This document shows positions 60,701 through 64,000 of a DNA stretch of 64,000 nucleotides, one piece after another; positions within the stretch are counted from its first letter, which is position 1, and every line of letters begins with the position of its first letter. This DNA comes from Bacteroidota bacterium (GTDB taxonomy: Bacteria; Bacteroidota; Ignavibacteria; Kapaibacteriales; NICIL-2). The stretch covers positions 563 to 64,562 of the forward strand of contig JAIBAE010000017.1 of assembly GCA_019695345.1 (NCBI GenBank). Reading direction: 5' to 3'. The translations under genes were made by a program, and so were the position numbers. Under the pieces are notes generated by a model that was not told where the DNA came from, did not search any database, and saw only the letters and a list, made by a program, of their open reading frames with translations.

Positions 60701-60851
60701 TTTCAACCTTTTTGCCCGGCTCGGGGATTAAAGTAACGTTGGTAATGGCAATGAGTTTTGCAGGTTTATCCCGCAGACCGTCTATATGCTTTGTAGTTAC
60801 TTGTGCATACGATACAACCGTACAAACAAGTGCAATGAGTATATACTTCAT
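57789..60851 (-). CDS. Secreted tandem amidohydrolase-family protein (1020 aa)
   Basis: Signal peptide. Two amidohydrolase-like domains (metal-ligand HxH-type motifs, e.g. GIIDEHSHIA). Acidic/basic C-terminal tail. Confidence 0.7.
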   Translation of the reverse strand: MKYILIALVCTVVSYAQVTTKHIDGLRDKPAKLIAITNVTLIPEPGKKVENATVLIQDNKIIATGVVNIPAGATIKDGKGLWCYAAFIEPYTNVGIAPPKKPEQPIGFDDGEDSPETPVVNQAKHWNLAVKPQDRAIEALQLDDKTAEEYRKLGFGALQTNSMDGIFRGSSVVVLAKGGTAHQIALFEDATQWVSFRKGTSKTPYPSAMMGSIALIKQTLSDADWYDKAHAAYKVNPTLKKPEFNVGYEALATSLKAKKTFICETENEHSILRWQKIAQEFGLNVVYEGSGYEYRRLKSLVPFKPTLILPVNFPAVPDVSTPDRALDVSFDELRHWDAAPENPMLCDSAGLRFCFTTHGLKSKEDYFKNIRKAVKRGLKEDVALAAMTTIPASVVGAQQVLGMVRTGFQANFILTTGNLFEDETVIRSVYVAGDEYVMSKPAEYDVRGKWTLMPESGQGLPMMSMNIDGKPESPGVTVKKDSTTLTSSIGVSGSRVTLKIQTDTLGHAGFVRLIGSVAAKGDQLNLIGTLTLNNGKEILFSATRDSLFVEKPQTKDKKEIATKSLPTTYPNTAFGLDSIPVTKTVLIKNATVWTCGKQGILKETDVLLKNGKIAEVGKNLSGAEVTVDGTGKHVTPGIIDEHSHIAIESGVNEGTHAITAEVRIGDVLFPDDINIYRQLSGGVTSSHLLHGSANPIGGQLQLIKLRWGDDADGLKFREAAGTIKFALGENVKQSNWGDRFSVRYPQTRMGVEEIMRDGFRAALEYEKQKQNAGKDALPLRKDYQLETLSEIIRGKRFIHCHSYVQSEILMLMKLADEFNFQVKTFTHILEGYKVAREMKEHGTTASSFADWWAYKMEVADAIPQNPAILHEQGVVTSVNSDDAEMARRLNQESAKSVKYGGVNQEEALKMCTINPAIQLGVDDLVGSIEVGKQADIVLWSGNPLSNFSRVLQTYVDGKKYFDVEADAKLRERDRLVRAQLEQRALKAISGGDEKATGGGKRPRREYDCGDVEDEMKGSEE

Positions 60852-60927
60852 AATGAATACAAATGGTAAGCAATGAAACTATACTCAATTTACAAAATCA
60901 AACGAAGAAGGACAGTACATAATTGAG

Positions 60928-61000
60928 GTTTTGTCCGGCAAGTGGATAATATTTTATGTATGGTGGTTCGGTGCCGTTTGCGATAGCAGAATATTTAGCT
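60928..61000 (+). repeat. Family-2 bipartite element
   Basis: ttgtccggcaagtgg ... ggtgccgtttgcgatagcagaatattta. The tail ends on the histidine-kinase stop (complement). Confidence 0.7.
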
Positions 61001-62098
61001 AAAAAGCGGGAAACAGATTGTGAATGTTGAGCCTGTGCCAACAATACTTTCCACGTGAATGCTACAACCGTGCTGCTGTAGAATGCGTTGGATGATTGCC
61101 AGACCTAACCCTGTACCTTCGGCTTTGCGGGTAAAGAATGGGTCGAAGATTTTTGTGAGGTCTTCCTCCGATATTCCCATGCCGTTGTCCTTAATGCGCA
61201 TCATGATACACGGTTTGCCGTGCTCGCCAACTTCTATGTTGGTTTTAATGATGATTTCACCTTTTAGAGTGATGGCATCGCAAGCGTTAGTTAACAGGTT
61301 AATTAATACTTGCTGCATTTGGTTTACATCGGCACTGACTACCGGAAGCTCTTCATCAAGGTCAAGCTCTACTATTATTGCCTTACGAAGCAGAATATCC
61401 GAGATTAAATCTATGGAATCCACTACCACCGAGTTCAGATTTACAGGAGTAACTCTTGGCGGTAATGGCTTGGCAAAATTGAGTGTTGTGTTTACTATAT
61501 TCAGGATACGCTCAACTCCACGGAGTGCGGTGTTTACATATTGAATATGCGGCTCGGTTTCCGAAATTTTGCGGAGCAACATTTGCAAGTTCAGGTTCAC
61601 AGCCGCTAACGGATTACGTATCTCGTGAGCAACCGAAGCGGAAAGCTGACCTAACAACATCATTTTATCGGCTTGCAGCATTTTATCGGTTAAAGCACGC
61701 TGTTCGGTTACATCGCGGGCAATTGCAAGAATTAATCGTTGACCGTCGTAATCAATAAATCGCGCACTTACCTCAAGCTGAATTTTATTGCCATTACTAT
61801 TTTCAAACTCAACTTCCGAAAGCACTGTGGGCACAACCGACCGCGAAAGCAACGAGAACACATGCTTAAACTCGGGCAAACGTTTACCAAGTAAGTCGGC
61901 ATGGGCAACCCCCAAAATAGCCGAGGCACGTTCGTTGGAATCCAACACACACCATGTTTCCGATTGTATCATAAACACAGCATCGGCGGCATTGTCGAAA
62001 AACGACTTATACCACGCAACTTGTTTTTGCAGTTGTTTTGCCTGTTCCTGTGAAGTTCTGGATTTTACAGGTTTCGATATGTCAGTTTGGGTTTTCAT
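60995..62098 (-). CDS. Sensor histidine kinase (PAS, HisKA, HATPase_c)
   Basis: PAS-like N-terminal region, H-box (SASVAHEIRNPL), and N/G1/G2 boxes (DNGMGI, GTGLGL). Confidence 0.85.
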   Translation of the reverse strand: MKTQTDISKPVKSRTSQEQAKQLQKQVAWYKSFFDNAADAVFMIQSETWCVLDSNERASAILGVAHADLLGKRLPEFKHVFSLLSRSVVPTVLSEVEFENSNGNKIQLEVSARFIDYDGQRLILAIARDVTEQRALTDKMLQADKMMLLGQLSASVAHEIRNPLAAVNLNLQMLLRKISETEPHIQYVNTALRGVERILNIVNTTLNFAKPLPPRVTPVNLNSVVVDSIDLISDILLRKAIIVELDLDEELPVVSADVNQMQQVLINLLTNACDAITLKGEIIIKTNIEVGEHGKPCIMMRIKDNGMGISEEDLTKIFDPFFTRKAEGTGLGLAIIQRILQQHGCSIHVESIVGTGSTFTICFPLFS

Positions 62099-62164
62099 AA
62101 TGCTTTACTAATCAGTACAAGCATTGTGCCAAAGCAAAAAAGCCCCAAATAAAAGGTAAATTTA

Positions 62165-62248
62165 GAAGAATATCATTTGCTATCGCGGGACGGCACCAAA
62201 GGTTAGCAACAATACAACCTTATCTTGCCGGATAGAAGCGCTATTAAT
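62165..62248 (-). repeat. Family-2 bipartite element, about 75 nt upstream of the histidine-kinase start
   Basis: Minus strand reads tatccggcaagata ... tttggtgccgtcccgcgatagcaaatgatattc. Confidence 0.65.
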
Positions 62249-62334
62249 CTCAGCAGCATTATCTCTTAGGAGTAAAGTCAATAATGAAAGGGCGAATAAA
62301 CTGTATTGTGTTTATATCACTTGCCCAACAAAAT

Positions 62335-64000
62335 CTACCTCTGTACCACTACGTTTCTTGTTATCCATTCTCCATTTACCTTAGCGTGGATAAAGTATAA
62401 GCCGTTGGCTTCTATCTGTACCTTGTGTTCGACGCGAGTCATCGCGCCGCTATGAATGGATTTCTCCCCTCCTGATCCAGGAGGGGATTTAGGGGTGGTC
62501 TGTACCACTTGCCCAAGCGCATTGATTAGATACATTTCCTCAATCTCATAATCACTTGTTATTGTTACCTCACCATTACTTGGGTTGGGACTGAGTAATA
62601 ATTCTGTTCCAACTAATTTAAACTTCAAAATGTCGTTTGCACAGGCAGTGCCTGTAATAAACGTAGTCTCTTTGCTTGTTTGTATTGTACATTCGGGATT
62701 GAGATGTGTGTTAAGGTTTTGGATTGATACGGTGGCAACTCTTGTTTGGGTTGTGAGTGCCTTGCCAATAAACTCATATACTTGAGTTGGTGTTGGTGTG
62801 AGCGTTATTACTTGTTGTACATGCAACTGTTGCCACTGTCCTGAATGTACCGACGTTGGTATATCCATTACATCACTTTCCGTTTGTACATCGTACGCAA
62901 GTTGTTGTAGTTGAACGTCTCTATCTGCTTGCGCAAAGACTTGTACTCTTACAGTATCTCCTATTTGTATGGAATCTCTGATTGGTGCTACAAACAGATG
63001 TACACTTGTTTTGGGTTCTATGGTTACGGTTGCTTGTGTGCTTGCTTCACAGCCCGCATTGTTCCGTACGGTTACAGAATACCGTGTGGTTGTTTGCGGG
63101 GTAACGGTTAATGTTTGTGTTGTTGATTGTGTTGTTCCTGTTTCGTCTTTCCACGTGTAAGTGTTGTTATCATCAGGATTCAATACCTTCACGGTTGCCG
63201 TTTGCCCTTGGCAGATGGATGTGTCGCGCACAGAGACGCTGGGAAGTGCATGTACAACTACGCGCACTGCGCCAGCACCTTCACATCCACTTTGTACTCC
63301 TTTTACATTGTACGTTGTTGTTTGTGTTGGTTGAACGGTGATGGTTGCTGTGTTACCGATGACGTTGTTTTGTTCATCGCGCCATGTGTAGGTGATGGTT
63401 TGTTGTGCGTTGGTTACTCGTAGTGTTGCCGTTGCACCTATGCAGATGCTTGTATCTGCGCTTGCTGTTACCGTGATGGCATTGTTGACTTGTACTGTTA
63501 CCGTGTCCCATCCTTCACAACCGCCGCGTTTACCATGTGCAATGTATGTACTTGTTTGTGTTGGTGTGACGGTGATGGTTGTGCCTGTGCCGATGATGTT
63601 GCCGTTTGTTGTCCATTCGTAGGTTGCAGTGGCATCGGGTGTGTTGATGCTGAGTTGCACAGGTGTTCCCGTGCAGACCGTTGTTGCACCGAGTGCTTGA
63701 ACATTTATGATGTTACTAATGTGTACTTGTACGGAATCGTGTGCGGTGCAGTTGTTGTTGGTTGCTGCTGTTACATAATATCGTGTTTCTACGATTGGAT
63801 TTACCGTAATACTTGCACCTGTGCCTACACTTGTACCTGCGCTATCGCGCCATGTGTACGTTGTGTTTGGTTCTGCTTGCTCTACGCTTAGTTGTACAGG
63901 TTGTCCACTACACACTGTTGTCTCGCCTTGTGCTTTAACTGTTGGTAATGGATTAACACTAATACTCATAGTTGCTGAATCAATACATGTTCCGCTTGTG
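62335..64000 (-). CDS. Ig-like repeat surface protein with T9SS C-terminal sorting domain; N-terminus lies beyond the window end
   Basis: At least six tandem modules of about 80 aa each carrying a conserved C.G.pV.L motif. C-terminal Por_Secre_tail (NGLYFIHAKVNGEWITRNVVVQR). Confidence 0.6.
   Translation of the reverse strand, partial: TSGTCIDSATMSISVNPLPTVKAQGETTVCSGQPVQLSVEQAEPNTTYTWRDSAGTSVGTGASITVNPIVETRYYVTAATNNNCTAHDSVQVHISNIINVQALGATTVCTGTPVQLSINTPDATATYEWTTNGNIIGTGTTITVTPTQTSTYIAHGKRGGCEGWDTVTVQVNNAITVTASADTSICIGATATLRVTNAQQTITYTWRDEQNNVIGNTATITVQPTQTTTYNVKGVQSGCEGAGAVRVVVHALPSVSVRDTSICQGQTATVKVLNPDDNNTYTWKDETGTTQSTTQTLTVTPQTTTRYSVTVRNNAGCEASTQATVTIEPKTSVHLFVAPIRDSIQIGDTVRVQVFAQADRDVQLQQLAYDVQTESDVMDIPTSVHSGQWQQLHVQQVITLTPTPTQVYEFIGKALTTQTRVATVSIQNLNTHLNPECTIQTSKETTFITGTACANDILKFKLVGTELLLSPNPSNGEVTITSDYEIEEMYLINALGQVVQTTPKSPPGSGGEKSIHSGAMTRVEHKVQIEANGLYFIHAKVNGEWITRNVVVQR

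Noticed and set aside
62585-63891. Cys-rich plus-strand ORFs at 62585..63891
   Set aside because: They are antisense to the repetitive Ig-like repeat gene 62335..64000, whose frame is long and carries a T9SS tail. The plus-strand ORFs come from codon-periodic repeats.
1-64000. Search for tRNA, rRNA, CRISPR arrays, or IS/transposase/integrase clusters
   Set aside because: No tRNA-like T-arm or acceptor signatures were seen. No regularly spaced direct repeats were seen. The only recombinase is a housekeeping-type XerC/D. Prophage or defence islands are not evident by eye, although that cannot be excluded without HMM searches.

Overview
Chromosomal segment from an FCB-group bacterium (Bacteroidota or Ignavibacteriota-like). 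This assignment rests on the fused lpxC-fabZ gene, five proteins with T9SS (type IX secretion) Por-type C-terminal sorting tails, and about 40% GC. Most of the window is core housekeeping: glmS, lpxA, lpxC-fabZ, mpg, rfbC, mutS2, a GatB/YqeY-domain protein, fur, topA, an aldehyde dehydrogenase, ridA and a XerC/D recombinase. Three ECF sigma/anti-sigma/third-gene envelope-stress modules are interspersed, one of them followed by a pspA-ybjN pair. There is an orphan cheV, a TonB-dependent receptor, and a sensor histidine kinase. At 48.8-57.7 kb lies a heavy-metal RND efflux island: a CzcA-type pump fused to its outer-membrane factor, a CzcB adaptor, a His-rich secreted protein and a TlpA-like thioredoxin. 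The island ends at, and may be controlled by, the ECF sigma gene at 57188..57748. No rRNA, tRNA, CRISPR or IS transposase genes were found. Two previously unreported families of dispersed intergenic repeats stand out. Family 1 is a MITE-like element of about 160-190 nt with inverted ends ctgccgaagc...gcttcggcag and a conserved core CCGACCGGGTTGCGGCGC; there are five copies, all in the same orientation. Family 2 is a bipartite element of about 80 nt: box A TRTCC(C/G)GCA, a spacer of about 35-45 nt, then box B GGTGC(G/C)GTYTGCGATAGCARAAnAnTATT. Boxes A and B form a stem that co-varies between copies. There are at least nine copies; four end exactly on the TAA stop codon of a convergent gene, and others lie 45-75 nt upstream of start codons. 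All calls are from reading the sequence. No database search was run.
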